From positions 32,302,001 through 32,366,000 of the forward strand of contig CM022672.1 in NCBI GenBank assembly GCA_012295275.1: a stretch of 64,000 bases of DNA, read 5' to 3'. Under the pieces are notes generated by a model, which saw only the letters and a program-made list of their open reading frames with translations, searched no databases and was not told where the DNA came from. The stretch's first letter is position 1. Each line of letters opens with the position of its first letter. A program made the position numbers and the translations under genes. The DNA comes from Chrysomallon squamiferum (taxonomy: Eukaryota > Animalia > Mollusca). Positions 50,860 through 64,000 of this stretch are shown piece after piece.

Positions 50860-51176
50860 GGTACTACTACAAATATCATTACTAGTGCTACTATTACTAC
50901 AGTTGTTGATAATACTTCTGCTGCCAACGCTACCATTAAAGCTATGATTAATACTACAACGACAACGATTATTATAACAGTTGTCAATATTACACCAGCT
51001 GCAGCTACTACCACTACTACTACTACAACTATTAGCATTCGTACTACTTTTTTATTACTGCTATTACTACTACCATTATTACGACTACTATAACTACTAC
51101 TATTACTACTACTACAACGACTACTACAACGACTACTATAACTACTACTATTCCTACTACCAATACGACTACTATA

Positions 51177-51210
<34 letters not shown>

Positions 51211-51235
51211 TAACTACTACCTACTAACTACTATA

Positions 51236-51269
<34 letters not shown>

Positions 51270-51272
51270 TTC

Positions 51273-51314
<42 letters not shown>

Positions 51315-51428
51315 TAACTACTACTATTCTACTACTACTACTACTACTACTACACTACTATAAACTACTACTATTCCTACTACCACTACGACTACTATAA
51401 CTACTACTATTCCTACTACCACTTACTA

Positions 51429-51462
<34 letters not shown>

Positions 51463-51494
51463 TTACTACTACTACTACTACGACTACTACTATA

Positions 51495-51537
<43 letters not shown>

Positions 51538-51660
51538 TTACTACTACTACTACGACGACTACTATAACTACTACTATTACTACTACCACTATTACAACTA
51601 CTATAACTACTACTACTACTACTACTACTACAATAACTACTACTATTATAACTATTATTG
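50860..51660 (+). repeat. Long imperfect (CTA)n/(TAC)n low-complexity tract (similar tract at 48950-49500)
   Basis: Directly visible; it explains the poly-T/Y/V/S ORFs. Numerous other (AAT)n, (AG)n, (AC)n, (AT)n, (ATTT)n and (AGAT)n microsatellites occur throughout the window. Confidence 0.95.
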
Positions 51661-52038
51661 GTGTTACTTCTTCCACTGCTAAATGTTCTATAAATTCTAA
51701 TTTCACTGTGATAAAATTTGTCATGGTCTAAAATTTCCAAAGTCATTTCTTTAATCTAATAAAATTTTGTTGTATTTGAATTAACTCTATTATATATTTT
51801 AAATTCGAAAATTTCTACGACCACAGTTTGAAATATTTGTTATTTATATTAAATTTGTGTACAACTAATTTGTTCTTAAAACACGAGTGAGCGAAACAAG
51901 ATATACTAATCTGCTTTGTCAAGGCTAAAGTTCACTGCGTTGTCTCAGCTTTCTACCCTGGAGATAGACAAATTTACTTTAGTACAAAGTCAACTTTATA
52001 CAGAGAGATAGAGACTCACTGATGATAAATTATACCAG

Positions 52039-52087
<49 letters not shown>

Positions 52088-52195
52088 TCTCAATAATCGC
52101 TGTAACGTTTAAACAGTATAGATATATATATATAGGTAAATTAGAATCATATTCTAGCAGATTACGTTTTTTTTGTTTATTATTATTATTATTAT

Positions 52196-52237
<42 letters not shown>

Positions 52238-52318
52238 TCGCGTCAAACTACTGCGTTCGTAATTATTATCATACATATATCCTGAAAGGGATTTACTTTA
52301 CAGAACATATGTGTGTTC

Positions 52319-52420
<102 letters not shown>

Positions 52421-53735
52421 ATCAAGCGGCCGTTATCTCTTTCCCCTCTTCCAGAATCTCTGTTGAGCTTGTTATTGAAACACGTGTTAGTGATAACACA
52501 CCTACTAATCTGCTTTGTCAAGACTAAAGTTTACTTAGTTCTCTTACATTTATTACTAGAGATAAAGTACAAAGTCAGCCCAATAAAACAAAGCAGCATA
52601 CGAAATAAATAAATAAATAAATAAATAAAATAAATAAAAAATAAACAGAAAATAAACAAATAAACAAACAAATAAATGGAAGAAAGAAATTAAAAATAAG
52701 TAAATTTACATATTAATAAACAAAAACGCAAGTAAAAAGATGACAAAATATAAACAAATACACAAATAAGCAAGTAAATAAATAAATAAATAAATAACAA
52801 GAACAATAGTAATAAAAACAGTAACAAAAGCAGAAGTGATTACTGAACAAGGAAAAATAGTAATATTACTTTCTATTATATTTCTAAATAAAAAGTAACA
52901 GCAGTGCGAAAAATAATAAAAGTACTGAATCACTGAGCTATTAACTAACCGCCTCATTAAACTGAAAACACGTTTTCTATATATTTGTCTTCACAGACTC
53001 CACAAATTCAGTCAAAATATACAAACCTGTTAAGATAAAATAAATAAATAATAATAAACAAAAATTAAGACATTCTTTCTTTTAAATATCATCTCGATGT
53101 TCATTTCATAAAATTTGTTGGAACCTGGAAGAAAAACAATATTTTAAGTTGGTCAAATGACTAAAAAGTAAAATCTACCGCAATAACCTTAATAATAATT
53201 TGTACGCTAAAATTTTATATGGTGTGTTGCTTAATCTATAGTCCAAAGAGAAGTAAATGTATACATCCACGAACGGAATAAAAAATGAATGAGAATAACT
53301 TGTATTATAGAAACAATTTCTATTATAGATGCTGTTTATACTCTTACAATAAGTCACATCAAGTATAAAGCTAAGAAAACTATTTTGTGTTTCTCTTATC
53401 ACTGATCACACCAGTACCTTCAGTTGTCTTTTGTTTGATGATTACAGACAGTTTATTACACGTAATTAGTACCTGCAACACCTTTCTGGTGTGCGCTCCA
53501 ACCTTTAGCCGGAGTTTGTGTATTGCAAGGATTATTGTTAAATATCAAATAAGTTTAAGTAACACACGCACAAACACACACACATACACAAACACACACA
53601 CACACACACATTATTTTTAAAACTTGTAATTACCAAATACTTAACATACTTAAAAATCATAGTGCATATGTAAAGAAAGATATTTATTTATTTATTTATT
53701 TTGTTTTTTGTTGATCACATCTATGTCTATCTGTG

Positions 53736-53785
53736 TGTACTCTCACACACACACTTACACTTGTTTCTTTTAGAATTGCAAAAAA

Positions 53786-53818
<33 letters not shown>

Positions 53819-54220
53819 GAAGAAGAAGAAGAAAAAGAACACTACTAATTTTTAATACAAATGAATAAAATGATTCTAGAACAGCAACACGGTGACCGCG
53901 GGCAGCACGTCGCCCTAAGAATCACACGAGTCGCCCGCAGACCTGTTCCTAAAATAGCACAACACGTGTGAAATTTAAACACTTACTCAGATCAGTAGAA
54001 TTAAAGCTTCAATATCGATATCATCTGTATCCAACCTTGTTAAGTCATTGGTGATCATTACTGTGAGAAATCATTAACGTGATCAGTGTTTTCACATAGA
54101 TGGGTATCATTAATAATAATATATAACTAAAGATAAACTGAACAAATTTGTTATTTCAGAAGAGTGTAACAAACTGATATCCCTTCCTATGACTCAGTAC
54201 CTATCAGCTAGCTCTTATGT

Positions 54221-54283
<63 letters not shown>

Positions 54284-54336
54284 GATTATTATAAAACATA
54301 ATGAATTAAGCCCAGCAAAAATAAACCGAATTGGTC
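53736..54336 (-). repeat. Near-identical inverted copy of 2793-3402
   Basis: Reverse complement matches almost base for base, including the (ATT)n tract and the sequence flanking the hAT end. Confidence 0.95.
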
Positions 54337-54605
54337 GAACAACAACAACAGTGAAATAGCGACACTCTTCTGTCGCTAATAAATATCACCCAGAATAGTT
54401 AACTTTGACAGCGATGATAATATTAATTAGGAGAAGACCTTTGTGTCTTATTAATAAGTATAATGATTTTTTAGCAAGCTTATATTGATTCTGTGAATGA
54501 CATTAATATATAAAGACGACGACGACGGAAATAATAAAAATGAAAATCACTATATAACGTTCTTCTTCTTCTTCTTCTTCTTTCTTCTTATTATTATTAT
54601 TATTA

Positions 54606-54642
<37 letters not shown>

Positions 54643-54883
54643 GTAATAAGGACAATAACACCAACAAGAATGACGTTGACAACAGCAAAAATCAGGAAGG
54701 TGATCATGATGATGACAGTTCTAATAATATTCATTGCAAAATCAGGAAAAGTCCACAACGAAAACAAGAACATCAACAGTAACGACGTCAACAGTTACAG
54801 TAAAAATAAACACTAATAATGAGAACTGCAACAGCGTAAAATGAAAGAAATGCCAGCCACGGCGACACCAGCATCATAACATA

Positions 54884-54940
<57 letters not shown>

Positions 54941-55036
54941 CACACACACACAAAAACACAAATAAACTGTAACAAATCAATTTATGAATAAATACACACA
55001 AGTGAATCAATGAATAACAAATAATAATAACGATCA

Positions 55037-55094
<58 letters not shown>

Positions 55095-55231
55095 AGACAG
55101 AGAGAGAGAGAACACAAAAGAAAACACACACACAAGAGAACTGAGAACAAATCAGTTATGAATATATACAAGAAACGAAAATAATCAATGAAAAATAACA
55201 AATAAAATAATCATCATCACACACACACACA

Positions 55232-55289
<58 letters not shown>

Positions 55290-55294
<5 letters not shown>

Positions 55295-55476
55295 CACGAC
55301 AGAAATGAAGTCGGTTGAACAAATAACAACAGACTCGTAATAAGCATTTCTGTGTTTATTTATTCATTCGTTCACTCTGTTTGACGAAACAGTCAGTCGG
55401 GCACGCACAACAAAAGCACGTGCGTAAACACAAACACAAGCGAGCACAGCCTCACAGAAACACAGAGAGGAAGGTG

Positions 55477-55509
<33 letters not shown>

Positions 55510-56020
55510 AACACACACAAAGAAAAGAAAGAAAGAAAGAAAAGGAAATAAAGTTTTAAAAAAGTAAATTTATAAATAAATTCGGAAATACACAAATGAA
55601 AAAAAGAAAGACATAATAACAATAATAATAATTAAAGAAAGATAATAAAATAAAATAAAATAAAATAACAAATAGTATGAAATAAGAAACAAAAGACAGT
55701 AACTGTGTTTCGTTGTCATGACAACTCGTTTATCGATCGACCGCAATTCGGCCAATTAGTAAAGTAGGTCACCCCCCACCTATCCCACCCAACTCTTTCA
55801 CGTGACTCACAAATGATGTAAATTACACCAGAAACACTGAACAAACAACTGACGCTTTACAGTTCTTCCTAATGAAAGAAAAAACTGTTTTTACAACAAC
55901 AACGACGACAAACAAAACAAAACAAAAACAATAATTAAAAATAATCGAATTAAGAACGAAAGAGGAGGAAAAAAATAAATAAAATGAAATAAATAAATTT
56001 AAAAAAATAATTTATAATAT

Positions 56021-56070
<50 letters not shown>

Positions 56071-56274
56071 CAAATAATGAAACCAAAAAGCAGACACTCA
56101 TGACTGAAATGAAGTCGGTTGAACAACAGACTCGTAATAAACATTTCTCTGTTTATTTCTCTGTTTATTTATTCATTCATTGTGCTTGTCGAAAAAGTCG
56201 GACTGGAACACCAACACAACGTACATAAACACAAACACAAGCAGACTAAAAAACATGGAGGCACAGGCGCGCGT

Positions 56275-56333
<59 letters not shown>

Positions 56334-56700
56334 ACTCGCACGCACAAACGAAAGAAAGAAAACGAAATAAACTGTAAAAAGTAAACTTATAAATAGCTTC
56401 GGAAATAAACAATTGACAAGAGAAATAAATAATAAAAATAATAATTATTAAAGATAATAAAATAAAATAAAATAAAATAAAATTATAAATAATTTGAAAT
56501 AAAGGACAGTATGTGTTTCGCTGCCATGACAACTCGTTTATCGATTGACCTCAATTCGGCCTGCAACGTTTAAACCAGTTAACAAACTAGGTCACACCCC
56601 ACCCATACCCCTTGTCTTTTCACAGTCACATGAAACACTGCACAAACAACTGAAGCTTTACAATCCATCACGATGAAAGAAGAACCTTTTCCTTTTGAAC
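55290..56700 (+). repeat. Two-copy tandem duplication, period ~810 bp
   Basis: GAAATGAAGTCGGTTGAACAA at ~55302 and ~56106; CATGACAACTCGTTTATCGAT at ~55717 and ~56525. Confidence 0.9.
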
Positions 56701-56742
56701 AAATAACGACGTCAAACAACAATATAATAAATAAATAATAAA

Positions 56743-56797
<55 letters not shown>

Positions 56798-57948
56798 TCT
56801 GAAATTAAGAAAGAAAGAGGAGGGAAAAACTGAATAATGGAAAAGAAGAAGATGAAAAGAATACAATGAAATAAGAAAACCAAAAAGTAAAATGAAATAA
56901 AATGAAATAACAGAAGAAAGAAAGAAAGAATGTAACTGAAAAATAAAAATGAAATAAAATGACTTAGTGGTGCATAATTATTTTAAGAGAAGCCTTCATA
57001 TGCAAATTATGCTATAAACTGCTAAACATTCTCGTTTTAAAAAATAACAACAAAACAGCAACGACAACAACAGCAATACAACAACAACCGTAACCAGAAC
57101 ATCAAAAATAACAATGAGAAACAAAAAAAAGTAAGAAAAAGTAGCAGCCGTTGTAGTAGCAGCAGAAGAGGTAGTAGTTTGTTATTCTGTTTTTCTTTCC
57201 TTTTCTTATGTTGTGTTTTGTTTTGCTACGATATTTATTTATTTATTTATTTAATTTTCTAGATATGCAAAGTTTTAAGGCTGTTAAAAGGCTTTTGATA
57301 CTTTATAACTAAAAATAAAATAAAAAGTTAAACATTTTTTTTTTTTTTTTTTTTTTTCATGATCCTCAGATTTCCTAAGTGGATTAATCCAGCATAGTGA
57401 TAATGCACTGATTCGGGTTATTCTATTAGAGCTGGCTAGGTATGGTTGAGAAAGGTATGTTTCACTAATATTTTTATAGACTCTGTTTCGTTTCTGCGTA
57501 TGTAATGAACCAATGCGAAGTGGCCCTCACACTCTTGAAAAAAATATAAAGTTGTATCTGTATTTTATTTATTACATAAAAGACACCATCTTTTTACATA
57601 ACGTTCAATGTGTTAATTTAAATGATTTATCAATCGTTCGTTTGAATAGACGGAAAAAATACGAGGCTATATTTGAATTTGTTTACCGCCACTTTTCAAG
57701 CAAGAAAATTATGTTTACTGACTTCTTTTTAGTGAACAAATTTGATACAAACATTATTTACTGTATTCGTCACATTATTGAAATTGTGATATTATAGATA
57801 TATATATATATATATTTACACACACACACACACACCGAAAAAAAAGAAAAAAGAAAAACAAAACAAAAAACACAGAATTTGTTATTTTTTAGTTAAAAAC
57901 TCTTATGTTCTGCAGTCGGTGGCCATCATGGTTCTGTAATAAATTCGT

Positions 57949-58004
57949 GTGAATTTTGCACAAGTGTCTGACACTGTCATCAAAACTTTTGAAGCTGAGG
58001 ATGG

Positions 58005-58041
<37 letters not shown>

Positions 58042-59245
58042 TACAGAGTGGTTCAGTAAGACTGGTCAGGACAGCCAGCAAGTGTTTGGCAAGAAGAGGG
58101 GATTAAAAAAAAAATGGATGCTATGTTGACAAATACACTAAAACATCAAAATGGTCACCTGCCAGGCGGTCGTTTTGCAGATGTTGGCAGCGACTCAACA
58201 TCAGCCATGAACACACAACATCAGCCATGAACACGATGTGAGCGCTCTGACTCAACATCAGCCATGAACAAATGCGACACAACATCAGCCATGAACACGA
58301 TGTGAGCGCTCAACAACATCAGCCATGAACACGATGTGAGCGCTCTGACACAACATCAGCCATGAACACGATGTGAGCGCTCTGACACAACATCAGCCAT
58401 GAACACAATGTGAGCGCTCTGACTCAACATCAGCCATGAACACGATGTGAGCGCTCTGACACAACATCAGCCATGAACACGATGTGAGCGCTCTGACACA
58501 ACATCAGCCATGAACACGATGTGAGCGCTCTGACACAACAAGTTACCAGAGAGAGAGTTTGCAGTTTTGGAACGTTTTGGACCTGTTGCATCAACACTGT
58601 TTAATGAAGGCTTTGCAATGTTTTCCCATAACAAAACTTGAGAAAGGCTAAACTCTCTATTGACTTAAAAAAGGGATATGTAGCTGGACAAGTGAAAGAA
58701 AGAGGGAAGAAATGCACACCAAATGTACAACATCAGACTGAAAAGACAGTGAAGAAAAGTATCGTAAATTGTTAAAACTGTTAAAAAGAGATAGAAAAGA
58801 AAGAACAGGATTAGTTGAAACAGAAGGAAAATTTAACAAATTACATTGTTTATTATGAGTTATAGCGGTATCCAGAAACTGCTGATCACTGTCTAAATGA
58901 TATCCCGTACTTCACAGTACAGAAAAAGAAAAGAAGACTTAAAACAGAAATTATTCAGAAAAAAAAAAAAATGTACTGGGCTAAAAGGGAAACAGAAAGT
59001 TATTTCAGTTTTCAGAAGTAGGTGAACAATTTAATATAGAAACATTAGTTTCTCCGGTATTTACTGGGAAAAAGTTAGACATTTCAAAATGAATGAAAAT
59101 GTCCAGGTTCTATGTATTGTTTGGGTAATATCTGCATTGCCTGGATATCACTGTTGTTTTTGATATCACATATGAAAATGATCAAGCAGTGTATGTTTAC
59201 CAGTTGGCTGAAGTCAGTGATGCAGGAAATTTGGAAATAATAGCA
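57949..59245 (+). mobile_element. Decayed transposase-like coding relic with a C-terminal Spin/Ssty (Spindlin) Tudor-like module
   Basis: Colinear broken frames: VNFAQVSDTVIKTFE; SGSVRLVRTASKCLARRGD*KKNGCY; HLPGGRF; HNKLPEREFAVLERFGPVASTLFNEGFAMFSHNKT*; KENLTNYIVYYEL*; LFQFSEVGEQFNIETL; GK/KVRHF...VISALPGY../FDITYENDQAVYVYQLAEVSDAGNLEII. No introns, many stops. Confidence 0.65.
58192..58540 (+). repeat. 37-bp minisatellite (ACAACATCAGCCATGAACACGATGTGAGCGCTCTGAC), 10 core copies, several of the 5' ones truncated
   Basis: Core CATCAGCCATGAAC recurs at 58199, 58219, 58256, 58284, 58317, 58354, 58391, 58428, 58465 and 58502. Confidence 0.97.
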
Positions 59246-59472
59246 AATATGAAATTGTATGCTTTGACAATTACTATTTATAAGTGTTTGAAGACTATAT
59301 TCCAATATCATGACTGTCCACTAGATCATAATTTTGAAAATATGAATAATACTCCTAGCTATGCACCTCTATGCAGCTCTTACATTAATGTTTTCTTTAA
59401 TTCTAAAACAGAAATTGGATATTTGTTGTTTGCTAGTGTTAAATAACAAAATTTTATCTCAACTGAAACAAT

Positions 59473-59536
<64 letters not shown>

Positions 59537-60117
59537 TTATGGTGGCAACTCCGACTAAATCATATATGACCAAATATAGCTGAGATTCAGTATTAATTAA
59601 TCACAACTTCATTTCCAGGCAGGAACAAGTTTAAAATTTCAGTTTATACTGATTTAAAAACAATATTAGAAGTGAATTAACTACAATTTGTAACAGAACA
59701 CACTCAATCTGTTAAATGAATTAAAATTAAAGCTTAATCAATTACATTAAAATATGTCACACGGTGTCGTTAATCAACTTTCATTATTTTAATATTAGGA
59801 CAAAAAAACTCATACAATTCTTTATTTAATTTCCAGCACAGTCACTGAATATTTGTTTGTGAACATTTTTGAACCACTGACACCATTTCTGACACTGTCC
59901 ACACTTAGGTAATTGCAACCTCTTTTCTGTCAGTTGTTAATTATACCCATCAGTTTTAATCGTTCACGTGGCGGGTTTGTTATTAAAGGTAAATGTAGTT
60001 CAGTAGCTTGACTTTGTTTCCCTCATACAACGACATTAACTAGTTCGGCTTTGTTTATGAATGCATTTATTTTTTTAAAAATGAGAAAGGCTGTCCTAGT
60101 GTCATTAAAATTTAGAA

Positions 60118-60149
<32 letters not shown>

Positions 60150-60264
60150 AATGGCATTCAGAGAAATACATAGAGTAGATAGTGTTTTCAGCAAACAGTT
60201 TCAAATGAATACTTGTCTCACTTATATGTTATTTTCAGTTTTGTTTCTTTTTTTTTCTATTTCA

Positions 60265-61556
60265 AGGGTCATGGACGATACTAGGGTACAACCATTGTGA
60301 CCTTTGCTCCCAAGATTAATCACAGACAGCATTAATTCATCATCGCATTGACTTCGTCCATCAGTACGTACCAGGAACTGGCGATATTTCAGACTGTGAG
60401 AAAGTACAGAACTGACAACCTTCACTACAGTTGACTTGACATCAACGACATTTGCAGACTTGGCAACAGACATTCTTCGTGGATGATGCAGTGAGCAGTT
60501 CATGGATGGTCTGATTGTGTCCAAAAGTCTCACTTTGTCAAACGAACAAAGAAGCCGAACCTTTATTCTCTCAATTACCGCCAATGCCCCATGAGTTTTT
60601 ACACTTACAAGACCGGAGAGATCAAGGGAGTGATGCTCCAAACACTGAAATAAGGCAATGAACATGTCTTTTCCAATGGTGGTGCCATGTAGTGGATCAA
60701 TTCAAATAACTCTTCATGCACCTCGAGGGCAGAAGTGATATCACGTATGAAAATAGCCAGTTCGGCTGTGTCTTACATATCAGGACTCTCGTCAAGAACA
60801 AAAGAGACAGCGACAAAGGTCGAGGACTTACTCTTTAATGAGTCTTGCACACTGTCAACGTGGCGACGAATAGTACGAGACGACAGACTCATATTTTCCA
60901 TGACTGAACGTTGTTCTGGGCAGACAGAATTCACCACAGTCATGAGACATTCCTCGACAAAGTCTTCATCCTTTGAGCAAGTAATAGTGAAACTTAGTAA
61001 CTGCCCCGTGCCACTTTTTCATGCTGAGTTATCTGTTTACGAAACATCAAAGTGCCCTTTTTGAAATTGTCTGACAGTTTTGCGATGGTATCCTTTTTCT
61101 CCGTCCACTTAGAGTTGAATATTCGATTTTCCATATCCACTTTTCTCAGTTTTAAATGCGATGTTGCGGACATGATTGGCTGGGGGAAAATGATAGATAG
61201 TAAAAAGCAAAAATGCAAAAACCAGTTCTGTTTGTGACAGCAAGAAGTTAGCGTGGTTCAATTCGCCCGCGTGTGTAACTGACACATCGTTATAGTTTGC
61301 ATATTTTGAAGCAAGCGGTCATTTAAAATTCGGTTACGGGCACTATTGATTCGACGAGCACCTTCAAGACGCCTTAAATTTTAAACCTCAGAGCGACTTG
61401 AATAAAAAAATAAAAAAATAAAAAAAAAGCTATGTCAACTGATTTATTTCATTGACTTTTATTTTGCTGTCTCTCGGGCCGGATGGCAATGTTAATTGTG
61501 AACACTTTGGCGGGCAAGCCAATAAACCTTCGCGGGCCAAAGTTTGCCCGCCCCTG
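60265..61556 (-). mobile_element. Decayed hAT Charlie/Buster-type transposon (GTF2IRD2-like transposase), 3'-truncated
   Basis: 5' TIR CAGGGGCGGGCAAACTTTGGCCCGCG is flanked by gtctagaa (NTCTAGAN-type target). Fragments: RKVDMENRIFNSKWTEK; LDESPDM*DTAELAIFIR...VHEEL; LHGTTIGKDMF...LVSVKTHGA; AKSANVVDVKSTVVKVVSSVLSHSLKYRQF. Stops and frameshifts are present. Confidence 0.9.
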
Positions 61557-61567
61557 GTCTAGAAAAA

Positions 61568-61598
<31 letters not shown>

Positions 61599-61759
61599 AG
61601 GAAAATAACTGCCCTTTAAAATATTTATTTCTGTTACAGGTAAATAAAATTTAATATATTTCTTGCTTTCGTAAATTGCCCCACTTTCTATATTTCACTC
61701 ATTAGTGTGTGTGTCTGCTGCGTGCGTGTGTGTGCGTATAAAAGCGCTTCTGAAATTTG

Positions 61760-62130
61760 AATTTACCGCCGCCAAATTCGATAATTATGCTGATTTCCGG
61801 AATTGAGAGTTATCGGTCTCTATTCGACACAACCACACACATTATTAAGGCATTATAAAGATAATGTTGTTGAAATACGAAAATGTTATCACCAAAAAAA
61901 ACCAGAAAAATACATCGGCTTCCTATGAAAATAATGGTTAGATTATCATTTTTTTCAAACGCATTTTATTCTCTATTCTACAACAATGATAACGAGGAAC
62001 TGGTAAAGTTGTCAACGGTGTAAGGGAAATAACTCTAATAAGGCTTCGTCGAACACGTGACGGGCACCTTTTTTTTCCGCCATATTTAAAGATACGTGAG
62101 AAGTGTAGAGTTTTTCTTGGCAGCAAGGAT
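61760..62130 (+). promoter_or_regulatory. CpG-rich promoter-like patch
   Basis: TTCCGG (ETS-like) ~61795, CACGTGAC ~62054 and CCGCCATATT (YY1-like) ~62077. No downstream CDS recognised in the window. Confidence 0.35.
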
Positions 62131-62609
62131 TAATATTTCGTGTTATGGATTTATGTTGATGTTGTCAAGTTATCATGGATTTTAACAATTATAAAGGTAT
62201 GTAGTTTATGGCATGAAACAAACAGAAAATTAAGAAATAGTGTCAAGTTATATCACTTTTAAAGTTTTAAAGTTTTATCAGGTCTGTAACTGTAACTAAC
62301 TTTCATTACCTCGATTAACACAGACTTCACAATTTCACTGTTAGATGAAAAACAAAAGATAAGTGTCTCTCACTTCGAAAAAAATAGTTCAGCTTGATCA
62401 GATGTTTAACTTTGTTTAAATTTAAAATATTAACAAAATACAACGACTCTCACCTTTTAAAAAATATTTACATTAAGTCAAAAACCATCTTGATTTGTTG
62501 GTTATGATTCATAAACAAACTGTTATGATTATCATTAATGATTGTGCCCGCCTGTTACTACACGTACTAAAAAGTATTATTTGATTGGGCATTTTTATTT
62601 ATTTATTTA

Positions 62610-62659
<50 letters not shown>

Positions 62660-64000
62660 GAATTAATATAGGTGGAGCATGGTTACATTGTTATTTTATA
62701 ATTTTACTGAATATAAACATCAATGTAAATATATTGTCTATCAGTATATCACACACTCAAACATACAGTTATAATACATTTTGATTCCTCTTCCATATTG
62801 TTAATTTATTATTAAGTACATTTGTTCTTAATACCTAGTCTACAGTTATTTTGCTTTTTAAGACAATATTACAATTTTAATGAATTAAAATCACAGCATT
62901 TTTTCAATAAAGGAGGAAAAAAGGAAGAAAATTACCATAATTATAAGATGAAATATTGCTTTTACTCCATTATTTTTCACGTTACCATCATAAATTTTAT
63001 TGTAAGTTTTCTCCATTCTCTATCCAGTTATGCAGAAATAATTTATTTTGGAGACATTTATTCTATTTTTTATTTATTTTGTCACATACTGGGGCCCAAA
63101 AATGAGTCTAATTGCTGAGGTATGAAAAGCCATAACTTTGATTCTGTTTTTAAAATGTATTTATTTATTTATTTATTTATATATCACATAGATACCATAA
63201 GTGATAGAAAGGCAAAGGAGACCACAGAGGGCAACAGTAGGTGCCAGCAGGCAAATTTTGTCTGACTTTAATTCATATAATATGCAAAAAAGTTAGCACG
63301 TAATGAAAGCTGTAGCAAAAAGAAACAAAACACACAAAAAGTTATGACTCAAAAGATATATGCAAATATTCTTTCGACAGGTATATGGTCAGTGTTCAGC
63401 CCTATTTTGGCTAATTAGCACAAATGGCTTTTTTGGCCAGCTGTAGTTTGAAAAGTGATTGACACAAAAGACTGAAAAATCAACAAGAGTGATGGGACCA
63501 ACTTGATAAATGAGCTCAATTATTTTCAGACCTGTATGTTTGTATGTGTGTTCACATTAACATGCTAAACATGCCAAAATCTTCAAAATGACATGTGGCA
63601 GAATCATTAAAATTGCAAACTGACACTATAACTTCAGTTTTGGCCAATTGAAAATATGCAACCAGTGTTATGAACAGTTTTTAAAGACCTTTCAAATGGT
63701 ATATTTGATTTTGTACTATAAATATTTTTAGCCCCCATATGAAAAAGTGACTTCTGACTTCACCCAACCAGCAATTTGAATCAAAGTTATTATTTCATTT
63801 CTGAGATGCATAAAGCATTTGTACATCTTCTGTAACCTAACAAAGCCTTTTCTCACAGGAAATACAACTGCTTGTATTCACTGAATCTTGCATGAATAGA
63901 ATGAGCATCACATAAGATCGAAATATGTCCATTTGTTGATGTCATTGCAAAGTCTGACAAGCTGACAAATTTGGATTCTACAACTGCCTGGTCTTCTATC

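Noticed and set aside
58192-58540. CRISPR-like array
   Set aside because: Units are head-to-tail with no unique spacers, there are no cas genes, and the context is eukaryotic.
63780-64000. Possible coding or hAT fragment at the window end
   Set aside because: Short open frames on both strands without a convincing motif; cut by the window edge.

Overview
AT-rich, microsatellite-dense eukaryotic (animal) DNA with GT-AG introns. The overall style suggests an invertebrate, probably a mollusc (inference). One intact protein-coding gene is supported: a minus-strand BTB-BACK-PHR protein of the BTBD1/2/3/6 family, join(24330..24586, 23042..24095), 436 aa. An inverted, frameshifted pseudogene of its PHR end lies at ~36.4-36.8 kb. 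The rest is segmental and tandem duplication (12.5-18.5 kb = 38.6-45.1 kb; 24.8-27.0 kb = 46.15-48.1 kb; inverted 2.8-3.4 kb = 53.7-54.3 kb), decayed DNA transposons (two hAT transposase relics, a FLYWCH-MULE relic, hAT-type MITEs), promoter-like CpG-rich patches and apparently non-coding exon chains. The most unusual signal is a decayed transposase-like reading frame at 57.9-59.25 kb that ends in a Spindlin (Spin/Ssty) Tudor-like module and has spawned a 37-bp minisatellite from within its own coding sequence. Almost all ORFs in the supplied track are microsatellite read-throughs. All homology calls are from motif recognition by eye; no searches were run.
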